A stretch of DNA of 64,000 nt from a virus. Positions 50,540-59,654 of the stretch are shown piece by piece. The position numbers were made by a program, and so were the translations under genes. The stretch spans positions 45,966 through 109,965 of IMG/VR virus record IMGVR_UViG_3300036985_006427, one strand, 5' to 3'. Each line of letters opens with the position of its first letter. The stretch's first letter is position 1. The notes under the pieces are model-generated. The model was not told the DNA's origin, searched no databases, and saw only the letters and a list, made by a program, of their open reading frames with translations.

Positions 50540-51186
50540 AGTTCAATCCAGTCCTTCCCGTTGTACGCTTCGATCTTGTTGTTGTTTTTATTATAGATTA
50601 TTGTGCCTGTTCGCGGACGAACGGGTCTTTTTGATACGGGTTTTAATCTTAGTGATGAAAACAGGGGCGAAGTTTCAGTTTCACCCTTTGAGATTATATC
50701 CAAAACCTCCTGAACGTCCAATTCTTCAATGAGACCGTCACGCACACCTATGAATTGATCTTGATCCAGAGTGATCACACCGTCAGATGTCAAGATCGAC
50801 CGTGAAAATTCCCCTGTGAAAAATAATTTATCTGGAATAAATGGGCTGATCAAGAATCTGTGGTGAAGCTCTGGGTACAGTTTGTTTCCACCGATAATTT
50901 TTTCTATATTTAATACGAAAACGTCTTGATCTTTGGACAAAAACCCTATACAATCACATCGTTCTTGAAAGCTTCCCTTGAAAAATCGACTCAACGAGAA
51001 GAAAAATTTTTCTTGAAGATCAACAACCGTTGACAAGCATCTTCCAGCTTCAGAAAGTTGCTGAACGTATTGTGCAACGTCGTGATCAAAGCCGCATTCA
51101 TCGATGCAAACGTCGCTGATTTCATATCGGTTGTTGTTGAATTGAGCCAAACAACAAACATTATTCTTTATGGTTCGGATTCTCAT
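50536..51186 (-). CDS. Hypothetical protein
   Basis: 216 aa; C-terminal GTIIYN...IEAYNGKDW. Confidence 0.7.
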   Translation of the reverse strand: MRIRTIKNNVCCLAQFNNNRYEISDVCIDECGFDHDVAQYVQQLSEAGRCLSTVVDLQEKFFFSLSRFFKGSFQERCDCIGFLSKDQDVFVLNIEKIIGGNKLYPELHHRFLISPFIPDKLFFTGEFSRSILTSDGVITLDQDQFIGVRDGLIEELDVQEVLDIISKGETETSPLFSSLRLKPVSKRPVRPRTGTIIYNKNNNKIEAYNGKDWIEL

Positions 51187-51355
51187 CGTTTTTTTCCGAT
51201 TTCAAGGATTCTATAAATTCATCGAGTGATGCACTGAGGGTTTTTTGTGGGTCGGCTACGGTTTTTTCAGCGGCCACTTGCTGTTGCAGTTCAGCGGTTG
51301 CTCGGCAACACATTGTGGCTTGGCATGTTTTTGGGGTTTGTTTATCGTTTTGCAT
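51161..51355 (-). CDS. Small first gene of the leftward operon
   Basis: AGGAGA SD, downstream of the promoter at 51388-51416. Confidence 0.7.
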   Translation of the reverse strand: MQNDKQTPKTCQATMCCRATAELQQQVAAEKTVADPQKTLSASLDEFIESLKSEKNDENPNHKE

Positions 51356-51387
51356 GTTTTCTCCTAATTTTAAATTGCGTACACAGT

Positions 51388-51416
51388 ATTATACTCAGTT
51401 GTGGTGTTTTTCGCAA
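51388..51416 (-). promoter_or_regulatory. Leftward sigma70-type promoter
   Basis: TTGCGA-N17-TATAAT on the minus strand. Confidence 0.7.
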
Positions 51417-51457
51417 AAAGCTTTTTGTTTTTTTACGCAAAATGACTATAATACAGA

Positions 51458-51897
51458 GTGATAATGGCTGTAAAGTATCACAAATTCAGCGAATATTTGT
51501 ATAAAGTGGTTAAATGGGCTGTAGTCGAAGAGTTTCTTCACGCCACCTAAGTCCTGCTGAAGCGAAGAGTCACATGCGAGTGAACAAGCACTCCGAGGTT
51601 GGGCAAAAAATAAATCTGGGCAATGTCTCACCATGACAACCCAGTACCTGTGAAGCAGCGAAAGCTGAAAAAGTACTAGATTTCCATCAGCAAACAAGCC
51701 CCAACTGCTCTTCAACACCGCCAAGTACCTGTCTTCACAGGTATAAATGGTCTTGTTGCGCCCTGAGCTTGGCATCGAGCTGTTTGTTTGTTTGCGTTGT
51801 GCTTCGATTGCAGGCTTGTGAGGCTGCTCTGAATCGAATTGCTGTTATCTACGTGGATTGGGTAAGACATTACAGAATATTTTCTGAATTGCTTGTG
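51458..51897 (+). ncRNA. Candidate large structured ncRNA
   Basis: TATAAT at 51447-51452; ends pair (51479-51501 with 51871-51897); many nested helices; GAAA tetraloop; no credible ORF. Confidence 0.6.
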
Positions 51898-52128
51898 AAC
51901 CACCCAGCGTTTTTTCCAATAAAATTAACACAAAATTAATGAAGATAAAACACCCACCCCATGCTTTGTGTAGATTGTTAAGATTGTGAAGTCAGCGGTT
52001 TTCATCCCGATAAAAAATACTTTCAGAATATTATTCAAAAACGAACGCCACAGTATTGCAACAATTCGAATGCGTCGATATAATACGTAGATACAGTGAC
52101 GAACAAAACATCTCAAGGAAAAGTTATC

Positions 52129-52305
52129 ATGGAAATCAACGGCTTCACATTCAGTTCACGTCTCATCGGCACTTCAGCTTGTTACCATATCGCCAAGCGT
52201 GGTGACACTGTGTTCACCTCAAAAGAAATGAGTTATTTGATTCGAAAAGTAAAAAGTTATGGAATTTCACAAATAACAGGTGAAAACTTCTTGAAAACAA
52301 AATGA
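52129..52305 (+). CDS. Small early protein, copy A (MEINGFTFSSRLIG)
   Basis: Paralogue at 53142 with mostly synonymous differences. Confidence 0.8.
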   Translation: MEINGFTFSSRLIGTSACYHIAKRGDTVFTSKEMSYLIRKVKSYGISQITGENFLKTK

Positions 52306-52360
52306 AATGACGATAAGATACTGTCTCACAAGTGTTTCACTCCTGACGAAAGATACCACG

Positions 52361-52555
52361 ATGCGATACGATGACCGAGTTACCAGTGTTGAGCTTTCAG
52401 CCCAGTACGAAAATAAGCAGGCACTGTTCGCCCTGCTGAACGAGCAAGACGCTCAGGCCGACGAGTCATACGCTCAGGCCGATCAGTCACGCGAATCATA
52501 CCAGTGTGAATCAGAGTATGATGATCAGGAATGGTGTGATAAAAACAATTACTAG
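52361..52555 (+). CDS. Small acidic early protein (MRYDDRVTSVE)
   Basis: Shares its first 11 codons with 53356..53628. Confidence 0.7.
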   Translation: MRYDDRVTSVELSAQYENKQALFALLNEQDAQADESYAQADQSRESYQCESEYDDQEWCDKNNY

Positions 52556-52767
52556 GCTTCACACAGTTCGGGGAATCTGATAAAATCCCCTTCTCACCTT
52601 CTTTTTGGATAAAAAAATGAATCACTACGCTGCACTCAAAGTTGCCATTGCATCAATCGAGGCCATTCTGTCGAATCAGACATTGAGCAAAGATGTTCGA
52701 ATCGAATTTGAATCAAATAAGAAAAATTTAATTAATCTTTTGCGTTTTCTATAATAGGTGAATTAGG

Positions 52768-52962
52768 ATGAGCCAGATGAACGACCTAGCAATTCAGTTT
52801 TGCGAAGAACAAACCACTAAGGGTGCCGACTTTGACACCACTATGAATGATCTCATTTGTGGTGCTAATCCAACCGCTGACGCATTCACGGCATGGATAT
52901 TCCTACGCCAAAAAAATGATCGCAGGGAAACGGATTTGCTACGAGTTGCGAAAAAATCCTGA
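52768..52962 (+). CDS. Hypothetical early protein
   Basis: 64 aa, AGG SD. Confidence 0.6.
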   Translation: MSQMNDLAIQFCEEQTTKGADFDTTMNDLICGANPTADAFTAWIFLRQKNDRRETDLLRVAKKS

Positions 52963-53141
52963 TTTGTACGTTTATCCCTTTGCGTAAAAAATAAAAAAGG
53001 GCCCCCCCTTTTTATTTTGTTGTATTGCAATGCGTATTAAAATAATTATTTGTGTCCTTTTTATTGATTGTTGCGTTGACGATTGCCGATATATATGGTA
53101 TGATCCGCGTGTCAATTCAAAACACTCTAAGGACAACAGTC

Positions 53142-53306
53142 ATGGAAATCAACGGATTCACTTTCTCATCTCGTCTCATCGGAACCGCAGCCTGCTACCA
53201 TATCGCTAAACGTGGTGACGTGGTTTTCACTTCGAAAGAAATGAGTTATTTGATTCGCAAAGTTAAAAATTATGGAACATCTACTGTTGCAATCAAAACG
53301 AAATGA
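53142..53306 (+). CDS. Small early protein, copy B
   Basis: Paralogue of 52129..52305; AAGGA SD; promoter at 53076-53104. Confidence 0.8.
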   Translation: MEINGFTFSSRLIGTAACYHIAKRGDVVFTSKEMSYLIRKVKNYGTSTVAIKTK

Positions 53307-53355
53307 CGATAATATACTGTCTGACAGATGTTTCACCCCGACGAAAGATACGACA

Positions 53356-53628
53356 ATGCGATACGATGACCGAATCACCAGCGTTGAAATGAACGACACG
53401 ATCAACCATACTGAATGTTGGAACGAAATCAACATGCAAGACATTGCCGAAAGCTGTGAATTCTGTAAGGTGGTTACACTCAATCCCTTTACTGGTGTGA
53501 AAGAAAGCCACATCATGGTGCCTTCAGACAAAGTACTCGAAGGTTTGAAAAATGGCGGTTTGAAGCGTTATTCAGAACGTTCACAGATTGTCAGTGTTGA
53601 CGCAGACGACATCAACCGCCTTTGGTAG
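53356..53628 (+). CDS. Hypothetical early protein (MRYDDRITSVE)
   Basis: N-terminus shared with 52361..52555. Confidence 0.7.
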   Translation: MRYDDRITSVEMNDTINHTECWNEINMQDIAESCEFCKVVTLNPFTGVKESHIMVPSDKVLEGLKNGGLKRYSERSQIVSVDADDINRLW

Positions 53629-53764
53629 TATTCATCATTTTATGGAAAAACACAATGAAGACCATTGACAAGGTTTGCATAATTTATTATTATACCATTG
53701 GCCCTGTTGTGTTGTTGTGGTTGGCGTTTGTTGTTCACACAATCTTCTTTATGGAATAATCGTC

Positions 53765-54181
53765 ATGGAAAATTTCAATTTTGAAAAAACAATCGGCGGA
53801 CGTTTGGTTGCCGAACTTCGCAGAGAAATGATGGAATGCATTGTTGTTCCAAACAGTATGCTTCCTGAAAAGTTTCACGATAAAAGTCGTGGCGGTCGCT
53901 CTTTGGCTAGACTTGAAGAATTGTGTGCAAAACGTGACGGAGAATATACCGCACACCAAAAGGCAAAAGCCGCAAAAGCACGAAACATTGAAAGACTAAC
54001 AAAACAGGCTGAAGCCCTTTCAGTGTACAGTAAGGGTGGAGATTTCATCGACCTTAAACACGGCTTTGATTATAGCGAATGTGAAATTGATGAACATGCA
54101 CTGTACAGAAACGAGTGTGTGATGGTAAACGGTATGGTCAATGGCGGTTTGATAGAAATTGACGATTTGTTGGAAGATTAG
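53765..54181 (+). CDS. Hypothetical early protein
   Basis: Likely start MENFNFEK after GGA SD. Confidence 0.7.
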   Translation: MENFNFEKTIGGRLVAELRREMMECIVVPNSMLPEKFHDKSRGGRSLARLEELCAKRDGEYTAHQKAKAAKARNIERLTKQAEALSVYSKGGDFIDLKHGFDYSECEIDEHALYRNECVMVNGMVNGGLIEIDDLLED

Positions 54182-54334
54182 GGTTTGTCTTTGCCTATTC
54201 AGGCGAATGGCCGCTGCCATCGCTAAGGTTCTCACTCTTTATTTTTGGAAAAACAAATGATTTATACGTTATTGTGTGCATGGATTGCTATCGTTGATCT
54301 GATTGACTATCTGCGATACCCTGAGTATTTCACT

Positions 54335-54671
54335 TAAAGAATGCGTTTCTCTGGGCTAGGGCTTGACGGTGTAAATGGGATTTGATACAATCCACGCCTG
54401 CCGGTGGATAGTTAAACACAAACAATGGAGCGAAGCATGTTCATTACCCTCACGATCAAGTCTCTGTCACCAACCAAGTCTGAGATCCATGTACGCACGA
54501 CCAGTATCATGAGCGTCTCACCCTGCTTGGGCAATGGCTCACTTCTCTCAGTACTGGGAATTGGTGATCTTGCCGTTACTGAGAAACCTCTACATATTCT
54601 GAATTGGATCTGTGATAAAGAATGCGTTTCTCGGGGCTAGGGCTTGACGGTGTAATGGGATTTGATACAAT
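54335..54671 (+). repeat. ~56-bp direct repeat carrying a promoter (54335-54391 and 54616-54671)
   Basis: TAAAGAATGCGTTTCTC.GGGCTAGGGCTTGACGGTGTA(A)ATGGGATTTGATACAAT occurs twice. Confidence 0.95.
54425..54640 (+). CDS. Hypothetical early protein
   Basis: ORF between the two promoter repeats. Confidence 0.6.
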   Translation: MERSMFITLTIKSLSPTKSEIHVRTTSIMSVSPCLGNGSLLSVLGIGDLAVTEKPLHILNWICDKECVSRG

Positions 54672-54709
54672 GGGGCCTTGCGGCCCCTAAACCCTAAAGG
54701 AAATATTCG

Positions 54710-54943
54710 ATGACGATCCAGAGACTAAGTGTAGACGGAGAAGCTGGAGAAGCCACATGGACAGAACCAAATAGGGATGGAGAGTATGTTTATTGGGAAG
54801 ATGTCTCCGATCTGATCATTAAAGTGTCTGGACTGATTTCGAGGATCGAATTGGCAAACGATCTGCATGCCGTATTCACGATCAAAGATTCGGAAGAATT
54901 CGCAAAAGTAAAAGCTGTAGTTTCTGAAACATTAAAGGCGTAA
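54710..54943 (+). CDS. Hypothetical early protein
   Basis: AAGGA SD; DGEYVYWEDV motif. Confidence 0.7.
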   Translation: MTIQRLSVDGEAGEATWTEPNRDGEYVYWEDVSDLIIKVSGLISRIELANDLHAVFTIKDSEEFAKVKAVVSETLKA

Positions 54944-54954
54944 CGGAGAAAATC

Positions 54955-55245
54955 ATGCTAGTTCTTGAAATTGCTCAGAATTCAGTCGAAAGCAAAGTAA
55001 TCGCCGCCAGCATCAAAACGGACGGCGGCTGGACCTTCCTCGACCGTAAAACCAACAAAATGGTAGAATCCCCAAAAGTGACAAAATGCGTCCTTTTGTT
55101 TGACCGGATGCTTGACATGTGGCCGAATTGCTCGGTTGAAGTCGAAGGGCCGGGACAGCAGACGAGTCCCCCATGGGGGTACTGCTGGTACTCTGCTGAG
55201 TCGTGGCCGAATGTATACAAGGAGAACTGGGACACGAGCGACTAG
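54955..55245 (+). CDS. Hypothetical early protein
   Basis: GGAGA SD, 96 aa. Confidence 0.7.
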   Translation: MLVLEIAQNSVESKVIAASIKTDGGWTFLDRKTNKMVESPKVTKCVLLFDRMLDMWPNCSVEVEGPGQQTSPPWGYCWYSAESWPNVYKENWDTSD

Positions 55246-55460
55246 GCACTAAGGGGGGTGACAGGCCTCTGCCTTGCGGTTGCATCTTACAATTTTCAAC
55301 AACTCAAAATAAAAAGGGGGGGCCCTTTTTTAATGCCATTCCTTGCACACGAACGTAAATAAAAAAAACCTCAAAAATCTAGTAAAGACCATTGACATGA
55401 AACGCCGATAAGATATAATAGACAAACGAGAAGTGAACGAAACACCAAATGGAAATCAAG

Positions 55461-55622
55461 ATGAAAACGTACCAAGTAACTTTCAATTGTTCTGACAAAG
55501 TTGTTGTTCTGTATGTTGATTCAATCACAGCAGTGACGGCGATCAAGTTGGCTCACCAGCGTTCAAATGAAACCGGGGTTCTTCAGAATATTGAAGAAAT
55601 CACTTGCAAACTTTTGAAATAG
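55461..55622 (+). CDS. Small early protein (53 aa, below ORF-track cutoff)
   Basis: MKTYQVTFNCSD...; follows promoter 55392-55419. Confidence 0.6.
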   Translation: MKTYQVTFNCSDKVVVLYVDSITAVTAIKLAHQRSNETGVLQNIEEITCKLLK

Positions 55623-55666
55623 TGGTATAATTCACCTGTCTCAACAAATTCTCTAAAAGGGTTTTT

Positions 55667-55894
55667 ATGGTAAATTCTTCTGATATTTTCGATCAACTGA
55701 CCGACGACACCGTAACGGCTTGGCTGTCTGACTCTTCAATGAGTAAAATTGTTTTTGGTCGATTGTCAACAATCTGGAAAAGTCCCAAGGGTATAACCCT
55801 CTATCTCACAAGTCGTCGAACTGTGAGTTGGAGAATGTCAAGTGTAATTGCCGACGAAGTTTTATCACAGTACAGAAGTCACAGCGACCTTTAA
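55667..55894 (+). CDS. Hypothetical early protein
   Basis: 75 aa after a TGGTATAAT promoter. Confidence 0.6.
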   Translation: MVNSSDIFDQLTDDTVTAWLSDSSMSKIVFGRLSTIWKSPKGITLYLTSRRTVSWRMSSVIADEVLSQYRSHSDL

Positions 55895-56067
55895 AGAAAG
55901 AATTTTTCGATGCATAGTTTGAGTCAAGAGCAGCTTCTCATCATCGTTCGCGGCCTTTCTTTGTATATTATTGATCAAATCAAAGACGGTGACGTTGACA
56001 ACGCAGAAAAAACTGCTAAAATTATCTCTGAAGCGTCTCATTCTTTACATGTTTTTGAAGGGTTAAA

Positions 56068-56337
56068 ATGAACATTCGTACAGCGATCGATAAGATTCTC
56101 AGACATGGTTGTCGCTCAGATAGAAAACTGCCATTCTCGGCAGATGCAACATTCATAGCAAGAGCAAAAGCGGCATACAGGAGGAATCTGGAAAATCCGG
56201 GCGATTGTGCTGGTGATAAATTCCTGCTTTTGGGGCTTTCAATCGCAGAAGCCCACGTTGGAACTGGTCCGGGTTGGATTCCAGAAGTCCAGAGATACGG
56301 CGTAAATTATGCCGAAATTCTGGAAAATAAAGTATAA
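56068..56337 (+). CDS. Hypothetical early protein
   Basis: 89 aa, AAGGG SD. Confidence 0.6.
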   Translation: MNIRTAIDKILRHGCRSDRKLPFSADATFIARAKAAYRRNLENPGDCAGDKFLLLGLSIAEAHVGTGPGWIPEVQRYGVNYAEILENKV

Positions 56338-56500
56338 ACAAAAACCATTATTTTAAATCAAATGTGATATGGAGGAACAAAAAAGGGGGGCCCTTTTTTA
56401 TTTCCATTTGTTGCAGGATCTTTTTTAAAAGATTGTTTCCCTTTTACTCAAGTCGGCCATTGATTTTGGTCGATAAATAGAGTACAAAGGGAGACTAGCA

Positions 56501-56704
56501 ATGAAGAGTTTTTTTGTTGTAGCGTTGTTTTGTTGTGGTTGTGTTGTGCCGAGCGGTTCACAGGTAAAGGTGAAAGCGACATGTTTCAACGTGCTGAGCC
56601 CATACCCTACGGTTGAAGTTGAGGTCACCATAACAAATCAAACCGTGAAAACTGAAAAGAAAAAATCATTTTCGCTCTTGACATTTGCCGACAAAGAGCT
56701 ATAA
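56501..56704 (+). CDS. Small putative lipoprotein
   Basis: MKSFFVVALFCCGC signal-like N-terminus; GGGAGA SD. Confidence 0.5.
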   Translation: MKSFFVVALFCCGCVVPSGSQVKVKATCFNVLSPYPTVEVEVTITNQTVKTEKKKSFSLLTFADKEL

Positions 56705-56765
56705 TACACATGTAACGTCAGACGTGATTTGGTCAATAACTTGTTTTTTTTTGGAAGAAGTACAC

Positions 56766-56984
56766 ATGAAGACGCACACTACGCATTCAGCAAGGTTGCA
56801 GAGTTCTTACATCTCATATTCAGGAAGCCTAGAGCTTCGTCTGAGTGATTCTGAAGAAATTCAGATCGAAGCCACTATTGATCAGCTTCGTTCTCTGCAG
56901 CGTCAGATTGAAGACCGTGTCAAGTCTCTTGATCTGAGAGCTATTGAAAATCTCAAAGAACGAATGGGGGTTGTAGATGAATAA
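56766..56984 (+). CDS. Hypothetical early protein
   Basis: Start MKTHTT after promoter 56678-56705. Confidence 0.65.
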   Translation: MKTHTTHSARLQSSYISYSGSLELRLSDSEEIQIEATIDQLRSLQRQIEDRVKSLDLRAIENLKERMGVVDE

Positions 56985-57122
56985 TATTCAACAGGCGGTT
57001 GTCAAGGCTGGAACGGTCTTGACAGTTGGCAAGGTCATCGCCATCAAGAATGACCATGTTTTGGTTGATTCAAACGGTAGTGTTCAAAGGTTTACATTTA
57101 GTCAAATTGAAGGGTTTTTAGC

Positions 57123-57326
57123 ATGATGGTTGATCTGTACAACAAGCGTAATGAACGCAACGTTACTTTCCTGTATCCTGTCCATGGAACGAAGAATATT
57201 CTTCGAAATGTAATTGGCAAGAAAATTGCTAGTTTCACAGGGCCGAATGGAAAAGGCATTACAGTGCAAGAAGCAAACGGAGATTGTCGGTCCTTCTCGC
57301 TGAAAAAGTGTGTGGCCTCACTATAA
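57123..57326 (+). CDS. Small SH3/WYL-like beta-barrel protein (tentative)
   Basis: VTFLY...R...G.TV......RSFSL pattern. Confidence 0.5.
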   Translation: MMVDLYNKRNERNVTFLYPVHGTKNILRNVIGKKIASFTGPNGKGITVQEANGDCRSFSLKKCVASL

Positions 57327-57354
57327 ACTGGCCAGTTCAATTTGAACGGAAGAA

Positions 57355-57386
57355 AGCGACCCTGAAAATGGGTCGCTTCTTCTTTT
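57355..57386 (+). terminator. Intrinsic terminator
   Basis: AGCGACCC-loop-GGGTCGCT followed by TCTTCTTTT. Confidence 0.7.
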
Positions 57387-57839
57387 CTCACAAATAATAT
57401 ATATTGAGTTGCAAACACGCACACAATAAAAAAGGGCCCCCCTTTTTTATTTCGCATTGTTGCACAACAAAATAAATTTTGCAATCTCCAAAAAAAAACA
57501 ATTAATCACACTCTTGCCATTGACTAAAAGAGTCGATATGTTATAATACGGAAGTGAAGTGTGGATGTGACGAATGGTTTGGTTTTCTTCTTGTTCGGGA
57601 TTTTTGATCATGCAGATTCTAGTTGGTTCATCGTATCCGGGAAATTTCATCACTCGTCCAGAGCCTGTAAACTCGGCCACTTGTGAGACAATCGCTCACC
57701 ATGTCACCGAGGGTGTTGGTGATCATGAGCAGTTCATGACACGCAAACAGAAAACCATCCGAGATCTGATGTTGGCAGGATTCTAGAAAAAATGGTTTTT
57801 GTCCCTTGACATCGTCCTTCAGTATGATAGAATACACTC

Positions 57840-58166
57840 ATGAGAACAAGCATCAAAACCATGGTTAAAACGAACACAACAACGGGCCAGCGTCACGCAT
57901 CGCTGACTTTCTGGACACGCGATGAAAAGGGAAACCTACGTGGAATTTGGGTATCTGGCAGCACATTCTCGAACTCTGGAGACTCGATTCTTGGAATTCG
58001 GATGACTGGTCATCAGGGGGTTTCAAGCGAAATCTTCAATAGTCTTGACAATTCTGTCGAATTCGGCACAATCCATGGAATGGTCAAAGCACGGATTTCC
58101 GGAAATCGGATTTTTGTCAAAATTCCCCACGGAGTGGCTATGGATCACGAGCCACTTCCTGTATAA
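57840..58166 (+). CDS. Hypothetical early protein (probably leaderless)
   Basis: ATG 6 nt after the -10 box. Confidence 0.7.
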   Translation: MRTSIKTMVKTNTTTGQRHASLTFWTRDEKGNLRGIWVSGSTFSNSGDSILGIRMTGHQGVSSEIFNSLDNSVEFGTIHGMVKARISGNRIFVKIPHGVAMDHEPLPV

Positions 58167-58229
58167 TACCAACACAGCCGGACGATCTCCGGCAAAACCA
58201 CTCCTCACTTCCTCGCAAGGACCTGCACT

Positions 58230-58547
58230 ATGATCGTTCACCCCGGCATGTCTGGCTACGCTACTGGCTTTGGCTTCATTGGCAACCCGTACTTCCATGG
58301 TGACATCCACTGGCGTCTCAAGGACGGGGACACCGTAATGGAGTGCGAGAGTACTCACCCTAGGGCTATGCCTGTGCAGGAAGCGTATGACGAGCTGCGT
58401 CGTAGGTTTGACGAGGAGAATGCCGCATGGGAGTGTGAGGCGGCTCGCCTAGACGACATGTATGAGTCTGCCCGATATGAGGCGATGCTGGAGGCCGAAT
58501 GGGCTCCCATCGAGCGGCTCTATGCCATTCAGGATTCCCTCTCGTAG
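58230..58547 (+). CDS. Hypothetical early protein
   Basis: AAGGA SD; GC-richer; followed by a GGGGCTGAAAGGCCCC hairpin. Confidence 0.7.
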   Translation: MIVHPGMSGYATGFGFIGNPYFHGDIHWRLKDGDTVMECESTHPRAMPVQEAYDELRRRFDEENAAWECEAARLDDMYESARYEAMLEAEWAPIERLYAIQDSLS

Positions 58548-58784
58548 GGTGGCCTGATTGGTTCCGCTAGGGAGGGGGCTGAAAGGCCCCTATCCTCCTG
58601 TTGTATTTTTGTTTCTTGCCGATCACGCCGCGAGCATTTTTTTAAAAAAAGGGGGGCCCTTTTTTATTTCGCATTGTTGAACAACAAAATAAATTTTGCA
58701 ATCTCCGAAAAAAAACAATTAATCACACTGTTGCAGTTGACTAAAAGTGTCGATATATTATAATGAGGGTGTGAGGTATGAACG

Positions 58785-58857
58785 GGGCTGGTAGCTTAAC
58801 GGTCAAAGCAGCGAACTCATAATTCGTTGATTGCGAGTTCGAATCTCGCCCGGCCCA
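58785..58857 (+). tRNA. tRNA with CAT anticodon (likely Ile2; Met possible)
   Basis: Acceptor GGGCTGG/CCGGCCC, anticodon arm GCGAA-CTCATAA-TTCGT, T arm GCGAG-TTCGAAT-CTCGC; no encoded CCA. Confidence 0.9.
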
Positions 58858-58962
58858 TTCTGGAAAATTCGAATAATCTTCTGATCAGCTCTTGACATCG
58901 TCCTTCTATCTGATATAATACACTCATGAGAACAGCCGGACGATCTCCGGCAAAACCGGCCA

Positions 58963-59132
58963 TATAGACGGAAGCCATGTGCGACCGCGTGACCGGCGTT
59001 ATCTCTCGGGACTATGGAAGACCGAGACACCTAGCAAAAGAAAATCTTCGGGAGTCGATGCCTTTGGGCTAATTTGCTGAGCTTCCCAGTCTCAAGACTT
59101 GACATGGGAATAGGCAGGCTTAAAGTCTCTAT
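58963..59132 (+). ncRNA. Candidate multi-stem ncRNA
   Basis: AAGCC/GGCTT, TCTCGG/CCGAGA, TAGCAAA/TTTGCTG and TTCCCA/TGGGAA helices plus a UUCG hairpin; own promoter at 58892-58919. Confidence 0.5.
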
Positions 59133-59135
59133 TTA

Positions 59136-59207
59136 GCGGACTTACCTAGCGGTCCAACAGGGCTGACGCGAAGGGTTTGGCTTAGTGGTTCGATTCCACA
59201 GTCCGCT
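59136..59207 (+). ncRNA. tRNA-like RNA with degenerate anticodon arm
   Basis: Perfect GCGGACT/AGTCCGC acceptor and GTGG-TTCGATT-CCAC T arm; anticodon loop GCGAAGG lacks U33. Confidence 0.7.
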
Positions 59208-59222
59208 TTCTTGCAAGACGGT

Positions 59223-59489
59223 TTATGGTCATTGGTTTCTCATTCTAAGAGTTGCACCGTAAGCAACATAAAGAAGCGACGTCAACAGGTTTCGGAAACT
59301 CACTGACGAAAACTTGAGTTTGTCCCGTAGAATTGTTTGGTTCAGCAGGTTCAGTTCTTCAACGTTGTAAGAAATGAGAACCGCCGGTTTCGAAGAAATA
59401 AAGTGTCACGTCCGAACGGTCAACAGCCGATTCCTCCAGCGATTGGAGTGGACCTAGGGGGAAACCTGTGAACACGCCGAACGCCATAA
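59223..59489 (+). ncRNA. Candidate ~270-nt structured ncRNA
   Basis: TTATGG/CCATAA closure, GGTTTCTCATT/AATGAGAACC long-range helix, several hairpins. Confidence 0.5.
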
Positions 59490-59545
59490 TTATTTTGTTT
59501 CCAGCTCTTGACAATCAAAATGAGTCTGCTATAATCTGTGAACAA

Positions 59546-59617
59546 GGCCCCATAGTTGTACGGTTATGACGCCGCACTTTCACTGCGGAGGAGTGGGATC
59601 GTCCCCCACTGGGGTCA
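59546..59617 (+). tRNA. tRNA-Glu(TTC) with atypical T loop
   Basis: GGCCCCA/TGGGGTC acceptor, CCGCA-CTTTCAC-TGCGG anticodon arm, T arm GTGGG-ATCGTCC-CCCAC; promoter 59508-59535. Confidence 0.8.
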
Positions 59618-59654
59618 ATACTGATCAGATCAATCTCAATTGATCAGGTCTGTC

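Larger units (their letters stand above)
57440..58764 (+). repeat. ~108-bp direct repeat (57440-57547 and 58657-58764): palindrome right arm plus promoter
   Basis: CCCTTTTTTATTTCGCATTGTTG.ACAACAAAATAAATTTTGCAATCTCC...TTGACTAAAAG.GTCGATAT.TTATAAT occurs twice. Confidence 0.95.

Noticed and set aside
51446-52116. Short ORFs in the strand-switch region
   Set aside because: No SD sites, atypical composition, and they overlap the structured segment.
59300-59335. Hammerhead ribozyme (CTGACGA plus hairpin)
   Set aside because: No GAAA after stem II and no matching stems I and III.
59618-59654. Theta/HDV-like ribozyme after tRNA-Glu
   Set aside because: Only a CTGATCA/TGATCAG hairpin is evident; the nested double pseudoknot could not be assembled.
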